In this document: in pieces, positions 33,425 to 43,303 of the stretch
Layout: every line of letters starts with the position of its first letter
How positions within the stretch are numbered: the stretch's first letter is position 1
DNA from: Polyangiaceae bacterium
Lineage (GTDB): Bacteria > Myxococcota_A > Polyangia > Polyangiales > Polyangiaceae
Assembly: GCA_044376115.1 (NCBI GenBank)
Contig: JBILLK010000025.1
Location: 64,001 to 128,000, forward strand
Direction: 5' to 3'
Length of the DNA: 64,000 nucleotides
Translations under genes and position numbers: made by a program
The notes under the pieces: generated by a model
What the model was told of the DNA's origin: nothing
What the model saw: the letters and a program-made list of their open reading frames with translations, nothing else
The model's database searches: none

Positions 33425-34627
33425 TCACTGCTGCAGGCAATAAAGGCGGCGCTGGCCGTTGCACGCGCCAACGCCAAAGGCCGCCCAAGCAGCGTTGGTT
33501 ATGAAGCCTGATACGCCGGAGTTTGCGTTGTCCGCTGACTGCCAGTCGAGGCAGTTGTTGGTGCTCAAGGTGCTCAGCGTTCCGTTCTCGTTGGTACCGG
33601 TCCAGGTAAAGACGTTGTTGGAGACGGTGTTACCCTGCTCGGTAAGGCTCAGGTTGGTGTCCAGGCTGCCGTCGGTGAGGTCCGCCCAATTGTCGGCGAC
33701 GATGGTGCCCGTCACGAGCCTGTAGGGGATGGCGGCCTGGGTGAGGCGCGCGGCTGCGTTGATGGTGCTATCGCTCATGTAGGCGCGGAATTGACCGCTG
33801 AGCCCAGCCGTTGCGGCCAGGTTTTGACAGAGCGCATCGGCGCCGACCAAGCCGCCGAGGTTGCCGTTTTGAACGCTGCTCGACACGAACGCACGCTTGC
33901 CGAGGAGACAACTTCCGTCTGCGCAAAAGTGGTCCGGTGCGCACTCGAGATCTTGCGCGCAGCTCGTGGGGCAGGCCGCCATCGCGCCGTCGCAGACGTA
34001 GCCACCGCACGCCGAGCCGGCGCTGGCCAGCAGGTCAACGCCGCAGGCAATGCTGCTGCCATCGCAGAACTCGGCGACATCGCACGCGCCGCTGGCCGCC
34101 CGGCATTCGGTGGCGACGCCCTCGAGCTCGCAGCCGCCATCGCCGTTGCAGTTGCCCGGCGCACAAGCTCCCGCTTCACAGTCGTTGCCCGGGTCGGTGC
34201 CCAGAAGCACCGGGGCGCACTCGCCGTCGACGTCCCCGGTGTCTGCGGCGAGGCAGGAAAGACAGACGCCTGCGCAGGCCGTGGTGCAACACACGCCGTC
34301 GCTGCAGGCACCGCTTTGGCACTCGCTCCCTTCAGCGCACGGCGTGCCATTGCTGCTGAGCGGCGCGCCTCCTTCGCCACCCGCACCACCGGAAGCACCG
34401 CCGCCCCCGGCATTGTTGCCACCGCTGTTACCGCCACCGCCAGTATCGTTGCCACCAGCGGCACCGCCACCGCCGGTATCGTTGCCACCAGCGCTGTTAC
34501 CGCCGCCGGCTGTCCCTCCACTGCCGCCGCTGGCAGCGGTGCCTCCCGAGCCGTCATCGCCACAGGCGATGGCGAGCAACGCGAATCCGACGAACCCGAG
34601 CCGAACACCCTTGAGTTGAAGCTTCAT
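33425..34627 (-). CDS. Cys-rich lipoprotein with disintegrin-like repeat and C-terminal DUF1554/endostatin-like domain
   Basis: Lipobox AIAC, Gly-rich linker, CRAASGACDVAEFCDG, GNLGGLVGADALCQ...FRAYMSD...RRLYCLQQ. Confidence 0.8.
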   Translation of the reverse strand: MKLQLKGVRLGFVGFALLAIACGDDGSGGTAASGGSGGTAGGGNSAGGNDTGGGGAAGGNDTGGGGNSGGNNAGGGGASGGAGGEGGAPLSSNGTPCAEGSECQSGACSDGVCCTTACAGVCLSCLAADTGDVDGECAPVLLGTDPGNDCEAGACAPGNCNGDGGCELEGVATECRAASGACDVAEFCDGSSIACGVDLLASAGSACGGYVCDGAMAACPTSCAQDLECAPDHFCADGSCLLGKRAFVSSSVQNGNLGGLVGADALCQNLAATAGLSGQFRAYMSDSTINAAARLTQAAIPYRLVTGTIVADNWADLTDGSLDTNLSLTEQGNTVSNNVFTWTGTNENGTLSTLSTNNCLDWQSADNANSGVSGFITNAAWAAFGVGACNGQRRLYCLQQ

Positions 34628-34720
34628 GGTCGGGTAGTGCGCAACCCGCCACGGTCGATCACCGCTCGTTAGATATTTAAAATAAGTCGACTGCCTTAAT
34701 GTGGTGAGGCGGTCGTGTCG

Positions 34721-35521
34721 CTACCGCTCCGAGTCGAGCGGCGATCCACCGAAGAGCAGCTCGAGTTCTGGCGCGAGGAGGCTGTTCTCACGTTGTACCC
34801 AGCCTGGCTCTAGCGTGGTCTCCAGTCCAACGCAGCGGAGCGGCGGGCTGAAGCTGACGCCCTCGCGCCACGGGAGGGTGGACCTCTCAATTTGCCACGG
34901 CTCACTTCCGCCGCGCGCCCGGCCCACCGCTAACTCACAATCGAGATAGGCTATTAGCGTTGCACGAGACGGTGAAGTCTCGGCCAGGAGCGCGCTGAAC
35001 GAGGCCGCACGCGGCAACTCCACGGCGCGGTTGCGTGCGTAGAAGAAGCGGTCTCCAACCAGGATGAACAGCTGCTCCAGCCTGCCGTCCTTCCGTTGGT
35101 CGAGCACGAGCTGACGCCCGTCGCTCCCGGCGACCCGCCACCAACATTCGCTGTAACTACCGTCGAGCGCGAACTCCATCATCTGTGCGCCCTGGCAAGC
35201 GACGCGCCCTTCATCGAGCTCGGGCTCGAGGCACGGCTGGTAATCGAGCTCGTGATGCCACTCTACGCAGTCACCCCGTAGGGTGGTGAAGCCTGCGAAG
35301 CCGCGTTGCTCGGTGAGCTGACGCAGCTCCGTGTCGCTCAGTTCGTTGAAGTTGCGCGCACGGATGAGCTCGCGCGGTTGCGGCAAACGAAGGTCGCCAA
35401 AGGCGCTTTGCGCCTGCAGATAGTCCACCGAGTGCGGCTGACGACGCACGCCCGCGCGCTCGATCCATTCGCGCCGCCAGTCGCCGAGCAGCCATTCGGG
35501 TAGGGGCGGTCGAGCCGTCAT
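34721..35521 (-). CDS. Conserved-looking hypothetical protein
   Basis: GDWRREWI, QRGFAGFT, WHHELDYQP and STLPWREG motifs; coupled to the upstream ORF. Confidence 0.65.
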   Translation of the reverse strand: MTARPPLPEWLLGDWRREWIERAGVRRQPHSVDYLQAQSAFGDLRLPQPRELIRARNFNELSDTELRQLTEQRGFAGFTTLRGDCVEWHHELDYQPCLEPELDEGRVACQGAQMMEFALDGSYSECWWRVAGSDGRQLVLDQRKDGRLEQLFILVGDRFFYARNRAVELPRAASFSALLAETSPSRATLIAYLDCELAVGRARGGSEPWQIERSTLPWREGVSFSPPLRCVGLETTLEPGWVQRENSLLAPELELLFGGSPLDSER

Positions 35522-37704
35522 GAGGCCTCGGTGAGGCTACGCAGCGTGTAGCGTTCGAGCACCTGCGCTGGGCTGACGATGGCGCAGAAGTCGCGCATCG
35601 TACGGTGGTTCCATTGGTAGAGAGCGCTCACGAACTGCTCGCGGCCGACCAACACAGCGCGCCAATAGCGATGGTTGCGCATGGCACTGGTATTGACCGC
35701 CACAGCGTGAATGCTCTCGGCAGCAATCCGCATCGCATCGATCGAAAAGAAGGCGCGCCCAGGTGGATACGCGCGAAGCGCGACGTCCAGCTCCTGGTGA
35801 ATGTGGCTGAAGAGCTGCTGGGCCTCCCAATGTTGGTGTTTGGACGCAGCTGCGCTTTGATCACGCGCCGCCTCGGCCGGGCTGTCGGTGAAGACGTTGA
35901 TCCGGTCGAACAGCGTGACAGCAGCGTCGGCTTGTTGGGACCGAGAGGCATTCTGTTGGGCGTAGGCGATCAGGGCCCCGTAGCGTTCAACCTGCTCGGC
36001 GAAGCGAGTGCCCGACTGGGAGCGAAAGTTGAACGCCAAGCAGCGAACGAGGCGGTCGTAGTGCAGCAAGTTGGAGGTGCCCGGAAAGGGCGAACCAGCG
36101 TCTCCGGTTCGCAGGGCATTGGCGACCCGTTCGGCGAGCTGGAGCGCGCTGCCCGAAAGCCCTGTGCTGCGGCCAACCGTGTTGGTGAGGATCGATAGCG
36201 CGCTGAGTAGCGTCCCGAGGTAATCCACCGTGGCTTTCGGCTTGCTGAAGCCAAAGTGCGGGTCGTAGTCGACCAGCCGCGCACGCACCACGCCCGCTGC
36301 GTCGTGCAGCGCGCACACGAGGCGGTGCAGCTCGAGCGGCAGATAGTGCCGTGCATACTGATGGACGTGACCAGGCGCAGCGGCCGTGAGCGTGAGCAGT
36401 ACCTCGGCGTGCCAATTGCGACGCTCGCGTAGACCGGCTTCTACCTGCTGCTCGGGGCTCTGCTGAAAGACGTTGAGGATGTCCACCACCTTCACGCGGG
36501 CCTTTGCTTTGGGCTCCGCGAGCTTGAGCCGGCCGAGCACCGAGGCGTGCATCAGCGATTGGTCCAAACTGCGGAAGACAGCGGCCTTGTCGAGATCGGC
36601 GAAGAGCTCCCCTTCGCTCGACAGCGTCGGAACGTCCTGCTCGGCTTGCGCTTCGCGGAAGGGGCTCTTGGCTCGCTCGTTGGCTCGGCTCGCCTGCTCG
36701 GGCGCGTTGATGAGGCCGAGCAACCCCGGGAACACCTCGTTGGTGATGCGCACGAGGCGAGCCAAGGCGTGGCCGAGTAAAATGCGCGTCGAGAGAGACG
36801 GTAAGCTAACCAGTTGGCCGGTCGCTGGATTGAGCACGAACTCACGCACGGTGGTGGGCAGATTCAGCTCTGGCAGCAGCGGCCTTAGCGCAGTCCGAAT
36901 GCGGAAGGGCGGGAAGGCGTCGACCGCGGTGTCCACCGACTCATACAGCGATTCGATCGCGGCCATGGCCTCGTGTTGTTCGCGCGCCACCGCAACCTGC
37001 AGCGGCATCAGCGGCTCGTCGCCAGCTAACAGGCCCTGCTTCTTGCGCTCAGCCCGCAGCTCTTGTGCGCGGGCGCGCCATTCAGCGTCCTCCTTGTGAC
37101 CGATCGCCAGCAGCTGGTCGTACTTGGGGAGAAGCGCAGTAGCGGCGATGCGCGCGATCGTTTGGAAGCTCGCTGGGGCGTAGCCGAGCTGAGGGTGCTC
37201 TTCCACCGCGGGAGCCCCTGTGGCCAGCGCTTGCAACTGCGCCCGGTCGCTGAGCAGCCGCACCAGCTGCTCTTCATCCGTATCGGGCGCCCAGATAGCG
37301 GCAATACGGTCGAACAGCTCCTGCGCAGCCGCGCGGAAATCGCGCGGAACTTTACCGCCGACCCCGATCGGCTCGCGCAGAAAGCGACTGCGCAGATGCG
37401 CCACGCTCAGGGCCATAGCGAGGGGCGCGTGCTCCGCGGCTGCGGCTTGCAGCTGCTGATAGCTGCGTTGGGTAAGCTGCTCGAGCTCGGCGGCTAGCTG
37501 GATGGCGCGCTGGCTACTCTCGGCGGGCCCGATGGGGGAGAAGGCGCCGCCGCCATTCCAGTCGTGCGGTGCGCCAAGCGCCCTCAATTCACGCTCGAGA
37601 CCGCTCCTCCTGGCCAGCGTTTCCTGGAGCCCGTGGCGGTCCAAAATCTCGAGTGCGGTGGCCTTTAGCTTCGTGATCGCGCTCACCGCTGGATGGCACC
37701 ACAC
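35518..37704 (-). CDS. Hypothetical helical protein with internal repeats
   Basis: 728-aa ORF with a recurring D(I/R)(L/I)NVF..SP.E/Q motif. Confidence 0.65.
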   Translation of the reverse strand: MWCHPAVSAITKLKATALEILDRHGLQETLARRSGLERELRALGAPHDWNGGGAFSPIGPAESSQRAIQLAAELEQLTQRSYQQLQAAAAEHAPLAMALSVAHLRSRFLREPIGVGGKVPRDFRAAAQELFDRIAAIWAPDTDEEQLVRLLSDRAQLQALATGAPAVEEHPQLGYAPASFQTIARIAATALLPKYDQLLAIGHKEDAEWRARAQELRAERKKQGLLAGDEPLMPLQVAVAREQHEAMAAIESLYESVDTAVDAFPPFRIRTALRPLLPELNLPTTVREFVLNPATGQLVSLPSLSTRILLGHALARLVRITNEVFPGLLGLINAPEQASRANERAKSPFREAQAEQDVPTLSSEGELFADLDKAAVFRSLDQSLMHASVLGRLKLAEPKAKARVKVVDILNVFQQSPEQQVEAGLRERRNWHAEVLLTLTAAAPGHVHQYARHYLPLELHRLVCALHDAAGVVRARLVDYDPHFGFSKPKATVDYLGTLLSALSILTNTVGRSTGLSGSALQLAERVANALRTGDAGSPFPGTSNLLHYDRLVRCLAFNFRSQSGTRFAEQVERYGALIAYAQQNASRSQQADAAVTLFDRINVFTDSPAEAARDQSAAASKHQHWEAQQLFSHIHQELDVALRAYPPGRAFFSIDAMRIAAESIHAVAVNTSAMRNHRYWRAVLVGREQFVSALYQWNHRTMRDFCAIVSPAQVLERYTLRSLTEAS

Positions 37705-37765
37705 TTGGGCAGGCGCGGGCGCGAAAATCAGAAGTCCGCCGCCGTGGTTGAGCTAAAGCCAAGCG

Positions 37766-38536
37766 ATGGACTTGGGCCTTTCGGGTAAGACGGTGGTGGT
37801 GTCGGGGGCGAGCCGGGGCATCGGCCGCGCGATCGCGGAGAGCTTCGCCAAAGAGGGTGCGCGGGTCGCCTTGGTTGCGCGCGGTGAGCAGGAGCTCGCG
37901 ACGCTTTGCGCATCGCTGCGGGAGCAGGGCGCCGAGGCGCACGCGGTGGTCGCTGACGTCCAGACCGAAGCCGGCGCTGCGGCCGCTATCGAAAAGGCCG
38001 CCGCGCTACTCGGCCCGATCGAGATCTTGGTGAACAACGTCGGCGGGAGCCTCGGCAGCGGTAAGTTTGCCGACGTGAGCCTCGCGGACTTTCGCCGTGT
38101 GGTCGATCTCAACATGTGGTCGGCGGTGTACATGAGCCACGCTGCGCTCGGCGGGATGAAGCAGCTAGCCGCGGGAGTGGTCTTGCACGTGAGCTCGATC
38201 TCGGCGCGCGAGTATTGCTCGAGCGCGCCGTACGCTGCGGCGAAGGCTGCGCTCAGCGGGCTTACCAAAGAGATGGCGGTGGACCTCGCGGCGCTCAACA
38301 TCCGCGTCAACGCCATCGCTCCCGGATCGATCTTGTTCGAGGGCGGCTCGTGGGATCGTCGCAGCAAGTCGGACCCGGCGCGCATCGAGAAGATGAAGCG
38401 TGAGGAGTTGCCATTCGGTCGCTTCGGTACGCCGCAAGAAGTGGCCGAGGTGGCGGTGTTCCTTTGTTCGGCGCGCGCGAGCTGGGTGAGTGGTTCCACG
38501 GTAGTGGTGGACGGCGCGCAAGGTCGGGCGCTCTGA
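37766..38536 (+). CDS. Short-chain dehydrogenase/reductase
   Basis: SGASRGIG, LVNNVG, YAAAK, IRVNAIAPG and GRFGTPQEVA motifs. Confidence 0.93.
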   Translation: MDLGLSGKTVVVSGASRGIGRAIAESFAKEGARVALVARGEQELATLCASLREQGAEAHAVVADVQTEAGAAAAIEKAAALLGPIEILVNNVGGSLGSGKFADVSLADFRRVVDLNMWSAVYMSHAALGGMKQLAAGVVLHVSSISAREYCSSAPYAAAKAALSGLTKEMAVDLAALNIRVNAIAPGSILFEGGSWDRRSKSDPARIEKMKREELPFGRFGTPQEVAEVAVFLCSARASWVSGSTVVVDGAQGRAL

Positions 38537-39243
38537 TGGGCGCGCGCTTCGAAGTGGAGCTCGCGTCGAGCCGGCAGCTTTCGCCGTCGGTGAAGTCGCT
38601 GGTGTTTCGGCGTTGTGACGCTGAGCCGATGCAATTCGCTCCCGGCCAGTTCGTGAATCTGCTGACCAGTACTGGCGACAAGCGCTCCTATTCGATCGCC
38701 TCCGCGCCAGACGCTGGGAGCTCGTTCGAATTGGCGGTCACACGCGTGGAAGGCGGCCTTTTCTCGAATGAGCTGCATCAGCTCGAGCCGGGCGGTCGGC
38801 TCACCGCGGTGGGGCCCGAAGGGCTGTTTACGCGCAAGGCGGAGGACGAGCGTCCGTCCCTGTTCGTTGGCACCGGCACCGGAGTAGCGCCGCTGCGCAG
38901 CATGATTGCGGCGGCGCTCGCAAGCGGCTCGCAGGCGCCGATGCGTCTGCTTTTCGGCGTGCGTACCGAAGCCGACGTGTTTTTTGAAAGCGACTATCGA
39001 AGCTGGGCGCAGCAGGCGAACGTCAAGGTGCAGGTCACGCTCTCGCGCGCGAGCAACGACTGGAGCGGAAGGCGCGGGTATGTGCAGCATCACCTCGAGG
39101 AGGTGCTGAGCGAGCTGGGCCAGCCCGAGTTGGTGCAGGTCTACATCTGCGGCCTGAGCAAGATGGTTGCTGAGGTGAAGGATCTCGCGCGCGGAAAACT
39201 GGCGCTCCCGCGCAGGCACGTCCACGTCGAGCGCTTCGATTGA
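38536..39243 (+). CDS. FNR-like FAD/NAD(P)-binding oxidoreductase
   Basis: FAPGQF, RSYSIAS, GPEGLF, GTGTGVAPLRSM, YICG and HVERFD motifs. Confidence 0.92.
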   Translation: MGARFEVELASSRQLSPSVKSLVFRRCDAEPMQFAPGQFVNLLTSTGDKRSYSIASAPDAGSSFELAVTRVEGGLFSNELHQLEPGGRLTAVGPEGLFTRKAEDERPSLFVGTGTGVAPLRSMIAAALASGSQAPMRLLFGVRTEADVFFESDYRSWAQQANVKVQVTLSRASNDWSGRRGYVQHHLEEVLSELGQPELVQVYICGLSKMVAEVKDLARGKLALPRRHVHVERFD

Positions 39244-39253
39244 GGAGGCCCTG

Positions 39254-40114
39254 TTGAGCAAGCTTGGTGTTGCAACTCTTTGCGCGCTCGTCGCGTGTGG
39301 CCCTACGAACGCAAGAACGGTCGAGCGCAGTGAACCCACGCCGGAAAGGGCGCTCGGCTCGTCGTCAGAGCCGCTTCAGCGTCAGTGCAAAGACGGCAGC
39401 GACTGGGACGAGAATCGCCCGCGCGACGAGGTTGCACCACCTTCGCCGAGCAGCTGCCCGGCTGGGATGGCCAGGCTGCCCGCGGGTCGTTTTACGCTCG
39501 GTCAGCGACCCGATGCGGGCGAGGTGGACGTCGCGGCCTTCTGCCTCGACCTGGACGAGGTGACGGTGGCTGCCTACACCCGCTGCGTCGACGATCGAAA
39601 ATGCAGCGATAAAGGCGCGCGTACTCGATTTTGGAACGGGCAGGATCAAGGCCCGGCCGCCTGCAACTACGGCGAGAGCGAACGAACGCAACATCCGATG
39701 AACTGCGTCGATTGGACGATGGCCGACACCTTCTGCAGAGCGCAGGGCAAGCGCTTACCGAGCGAGATCGAATGGGAATGGGCGGCGAGGGGAGGCGATG
39801 AAGCGCGCAGGTACCCTTGGGGGGAGCGGGAACCGGGCGAGCGCGGCTGTTGGTTGGGCCAGTCGGAGGCGCCACGGCGAAGTACCTGCGAGGTCGGCCG
39901 CTTCGCCGCTGGCAACGCGCGCTTCGGCCACCGCGATCTGGCGGGCAACGTCTGGGAGTGGACCAGCACGCGGCTCGACGCACCCTGCTCCGAGCGCATC
40001 ATTCGCGGGGGCAAAGAGCATCGTGGCGCTAGCTCCGGGTTGACCGCAGCCGCGCGCGGTTATGACGTGCCGTCCTTCCGCAGCGGCGCGCTCGGCTTTC
40101 GTTGCGCACAGTAG
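39254..40114 (+). CDS. Formylglycine-generating enzyme (SUMF1/FGE-sulfatase) family lipoprotein
   Basis: EVTVAAY, HPMNCVDW, KRLPSEIEWEWAARG, DLAGNVWEW and GFRCA motifs. Confidence 0.92.
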   Translation: MSKLGVATLCALVACGPTNARTVERSEPTPERALGSSSEPLQRQCKDGSDWDENRPRDEVAPPSPSSCPAGMARLPAGRFTLGQRPDAGEVDVAAFCLDLDEVTVAAYTRCVDDRKCSDKGARTRFWNGQDQGPAACNYGESERTQHPMNCVDWTMADTFCRAQGKRLPSEIEWEWAARGGDEARRYPWGEREPGERGCWLGQSEAPRRSTCEVGRFAAGNARFGHRDLAGNVWEWTSTRLDAPCSERIIRGGKEHRGASSGLTAAARGYDVPSFRSGALGFRCAQ

Positions 40115-40120
40115 CGGCGC

Positions 40121-41509
40121 TCAGGGGTACGGCGAGGTTCGCAAAGGAGCGGCCTTCCTTCGAAGCCCGAGCACCAGGAGCACGCAGCTCCCCGCGAGGC
40201 AGAGCAACGTCCCCGCGAGCTCGGCCAGCTCGAGTTTACGCTCCTCGCTCGCCTCGGCGTCGTGCTTCGCAGCGGCTCCCTTATCGCTGGCGATCTTCGT
40301 CTTGAGTTCGGCCTGGTACTCGGCGGAGGCTCCAACCGCTGCACCGAGCTTTCGCTCGTTGTCCTGCTGTTGCTTGCGGGCCTCGTGCGCAGACTCTTGA
40401 CGGTACTCGACGTGTCCGTGCTGGTAGTAGGCAAGCACGCCGAGCCCAAGCGCACCGAGCAGCAGCAGGGCCGCGCCGACGAGCTTCAAGTTGGGCCGCG
40501 CCAGGTCGCGCGTCAGCTGTCCGAGCGCGCCGCGGCGCATCACGACAAGGTCTTGAGCAGGCAGCAGCGCCTCGCGCTCGGCGCGCAGTAGCGAACGGCT
40601 TGGAGCGACGAGCACAAGGGCCTGCGAGACGAGCGCGACCAGCTCCGAGCTGTGGTTCGTCGCCGCTTCTCGCGGCTCGGTCATGGTCACGAGCGAGAGC
40701 GCACCGGGTTGGTTGTGCAGCGTTGTCAGCACGCAGCCAGGCGCCAAGCGAAGCGAAGTAGAGAGCGTTGTGCCCAGCTCCGGTAGGGACGGATTCTCCG
40801 ATGGCTGGTAGCTCAGTTCGACCCTATCCTCGAAGGCATACGCCGTGTGCAGCGTGCGGTCGTTGCCGTTGCGGTCGCGGGAGACGCGCTGAAGCGAGTA
40901 GCTGCAGCGCGTGATACGAATCGAGACGCCGTTCGAGAGTGTCCCCTCGAGCGTGAGCCAGCCATCCGCGTAACAACGATTGAACGACTCGCGCCACGAC
41001 GGGAGGCCAAAGGGCGGGCTGAGCGATTGTTGGTTCTGCGGACGCGAGCCGGCCAGCTCGAGCGCGAGGCTCACAGGGCTGCCCGGGGCAAACTCGAGCC
41101 GCCGCACGAGTGAACTCGCTACGTCGAGCTTGTCGAGCTGGGCCTTCGTGACGATACGGAGCTTGGTCAGCACGGCGACCGCGATGCACAGGCCAATCCC
41201 GATGGGCACCAGCAGAGCGGCGGGCTCGTTCGGGTAGGCAACCAAGAGCGAGTAACCGACGCACAACGAGAGGGCGAAGCTGAACATCGCAGCCAAGATG
41301 ATCCACGCGCGAAGCGGACCTGCGTGCGATCCCAGCGCCCGGAGTGTCCCGATGTCCGCTTCGAGTTCTTGCGCGCTCTCGACCCGGCGATAGCCCTCTA
41401 TCCCGCGCAGCCGGTCTTCGCGAGTCCGTTCGGCCACGACTGCGGACGTCGCCGCGTTGCCACGATACGCCCTGTCTTGCTGCGGTGCGTTTTCCGGAGT
41501 GCGATGCAA
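40121..41509 (-). CDS. Hypothetical membrane protein
   Basis: Four predicted TM helices and a coiled-coil segment. Confidence 0.6.
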   Translation of the reverse strand: MHRTPENAPQQDRAYRGNAATSAVVAERTREDRLRGIEGYRRVESAQELEADIGTLRALGSHAGPLRAWIILAAMFSFALSLCVGYSLLVAYPNEPAALLVPIGIGLCIAVAVLTKLRIVTKAQLDKLDVASSLVRRLEFAPGSPVSLALELAGSRPQNQQSLSPPFGLPSWRESFNRCYADGWLTLEGTLSNGVSIRITRCSYSLQRVSRDRNGNDRTLHTAYAFEDRVELSYQPSENPSLPELGTTLSTSLRLAPGCVLTTLHNQPGALSLVTMTEPREAATNHSSELVALVSQALVLVAPSRSLLRAEREALLPAQDLVVMRRGALGQLTRDLARPNLKLVGAALLLLGALGLGVLAYYQHGHVEYRQESAHEARKQQQDNERKLGAAVGASAEYQAELKTKIASDKGAAAKHDAEASEERKLELAELAGTLLCLAGSCVLLVLGLRRKAAPLRTSPYP

Positions 41510-41595
41510 TGCCGATTTTCCCCCGAAACCAAGCCCCGGCCCCGTGGGCGCAGCGACTCGCTGCGCGACGATACCAGCAAACCCGTGCGCAGCGT

Positions 41596-41729
41596 CCGAG
41601 CGAACAAAGCCTCGGGGGCTGCGGTAGCTCCCAAGGTTTAGTTCGCTGTAGCGGCCGCACGCGTGGCCCGAGCGAACAAAGCCTCGGGGGCTGCGGTAGC
41701 TCTATCGGTTTGGTTCGCTGTACCGGCCG
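41596..41729. repeat. Two 72-bp-period hairpin (REP-like) repeats upstream of the HUH transposase
   Basis: CCGAGCGAACAAAGCCTCGGGGGCTGCGGTAGCTC...GTTCGCTGTA at 41596 and 41668; a degenerate third copy lies near 41838-41886. Confidence 0.88.
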
Positions 41730-41922
41730 AACCAATCACTACACGAGGCGCAAAAGTTCTGTGAGCGACGCAACTGGTCGCTCCATTGCGCGATATCGGC
41801 GTATGAACCAGAGCGATCACGGGGAAGGCCTCCCATCCAGCGAACAAAGCCAGGACGGCTGCCGCAGCTCCGCCCACTTGCTTCGCACCGCGCGTCCACG
41901 TCGACTGCGTGCTTGCTCGAGC

Positions 41923-42675
41923 GTGGTGCAAGCCTTGGGTTGGCACGTCACCATGCGGCTTGCTGATAGCCGGGTGATCGCGAAAGAGCCCTGGGAGCGG
42001 AGGGTGGCCGCGTTCAGTTTGCTCGAGCTGGCGGCCGCCTTCGGGCTGATTGCATTCCACCTCGTTGACACGCACCTCCACGCCTTGATCGTTGGCTCAC
42101 GCGAACGCGCCGGGGTGTTCGCACGCCGCATCGAAGGGACTTTGCATGCGCGGCTGCGACTGGGCTGCCCATTTGAGGCCGCGCGCTTCTCCCCCGTGGG
42201 CGATCAGGCGCGGCTGGCCAGCACCTTTGCGTACGTCCTTGACCAGGCCGAGCGCCATCAACTCGTGAACGACCCTCTCCGCGAAGGCAGCTCTCTTCCC
42301 GATCTCGTCGGGTTGCGCGTGGTGCATGCGGATGGCATCGCACACTGCGCCCGCCGCCACCTCCCGCGGCTCCGTCCTGAAGAATTGGCGGCGCGCTATC
42401 TTCCAGCGCCCTGCACAACGAAGCTGGATTGCGCGCAGCTCGCTGAGGCCGCTGCAGCGGTGTTGGCTCTCCCGCACCTGCGCACTCGCGCGCCGCGCGC
42501 CGTCCTCGCGAAACATGCGGCCGTGGTGGTCGGTCTCGCTGAAGGCTTCAGCGTGCGCGAGATCGCAGGCGCGTTAGGCCTGTCGACCCGTCGAATCGAA
42601 AGATTACGTCGCACACCGCCCCCCGCCGCCGCCGTCGTACAAGCCACCCGCTGGCAGTTGCGGCTTCGCTCGTGA
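41923..42675 (+). mobile_element. HUH Y1 transposase (IS200/RAYT-like) with C-terminal HTH; start may be 41803
   Basis: WHVTMR N-terminal motif, HUH motif DTHLHAL, catalytic Tyr candidate FAYVLDQ, HTH GFSVREIAGALGLSTRRIERL; flanked by palindromic repeats. Confidence 0.8.
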
Positions 42676-42751
42676 CGCTCAGGTTAGTCTGCGGTCTGCG
42701 CCCTCGGCGTGCCTCTCTCTCGGGCGGTCCCGGGGGCGGCGCGGAGGGCGA

Positions 42752-43193
42752 AATAGCGAAGTAAACGCTGGGGGCTGCGGTAGCTCCAGGTGGTTGGTTC
42801 GCTGCCGGGGCGCCGGCGCGTTCGTGTCCGGCTGCAATAGCGAAGTAGAGGCTGGGAGCTGCGGTAGCTGGCGGTGGTTGGTTCGCTGCCGGGGCGCCGG
42901 CGCGTTCGTGTCCGGCTGCAATAGCGAAGTAAAGGCTGGGAGCTGCGGTAGCTGGCGGTGGTTGGTTCGCTGCCGGGGCGCCGGCGCGTTCGTGTCCGGC
43001 TGCAATAGCGAAGTAAAGGCTGGGAGCTGCGGTAGCTGGCGGTGGTTGGTTCGCTGCCGGCGGCGCCGGCGCGTTCGTGTCCGGCTGCAATAGCGAAGTA
43101 AAGGCTGGGAGCTGCGGTAGCCCCACGGGGTTACGTCGCATCCGGCGACCCAACGCTGAGGAGCTGCGGTAGCTCCAGGTGGTTACTTCGCTA
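42752..43193. repeat. 84-bp tandem hairpin (REP-like) array, about 4.4 copies plus a terminal variant
   Basis: AATAGCGAAGTAAAGGCTGGGAGCTGCGGTAGCT... at 42752, 42836, 42920, 43004 and 43089; variant near 43145-43193. Confidence 0.93.
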
Positions 43194-43303
43194 CGATGAT
43201 GAAAAATAGCGCTATCACGGAACGAGCGCAGCGCGCGGCTCCTAAATCGTCGGCGATTCGCCATGTCAACCCACGACCGCCTGGTCCAACCCGGCCGTCG
43301 GAG

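Noticed and set aside
34670..34700. AT-rich patch as a defined promoter
   Set aside because: Plausibly regulatory, but no convincing -35/-10 or -24/-12 match could be assigned.
37753..39339. 528-aa minus-strand ORF
   Set aside because: Antisense to the clear SDR and FNR genes.
41344..41922. N-terminal extension of the transposase ORF
   Set aside because: It runs through hairpin repeats and overlaps the opposite-strand gene; recognisable motifs begin near 41923.
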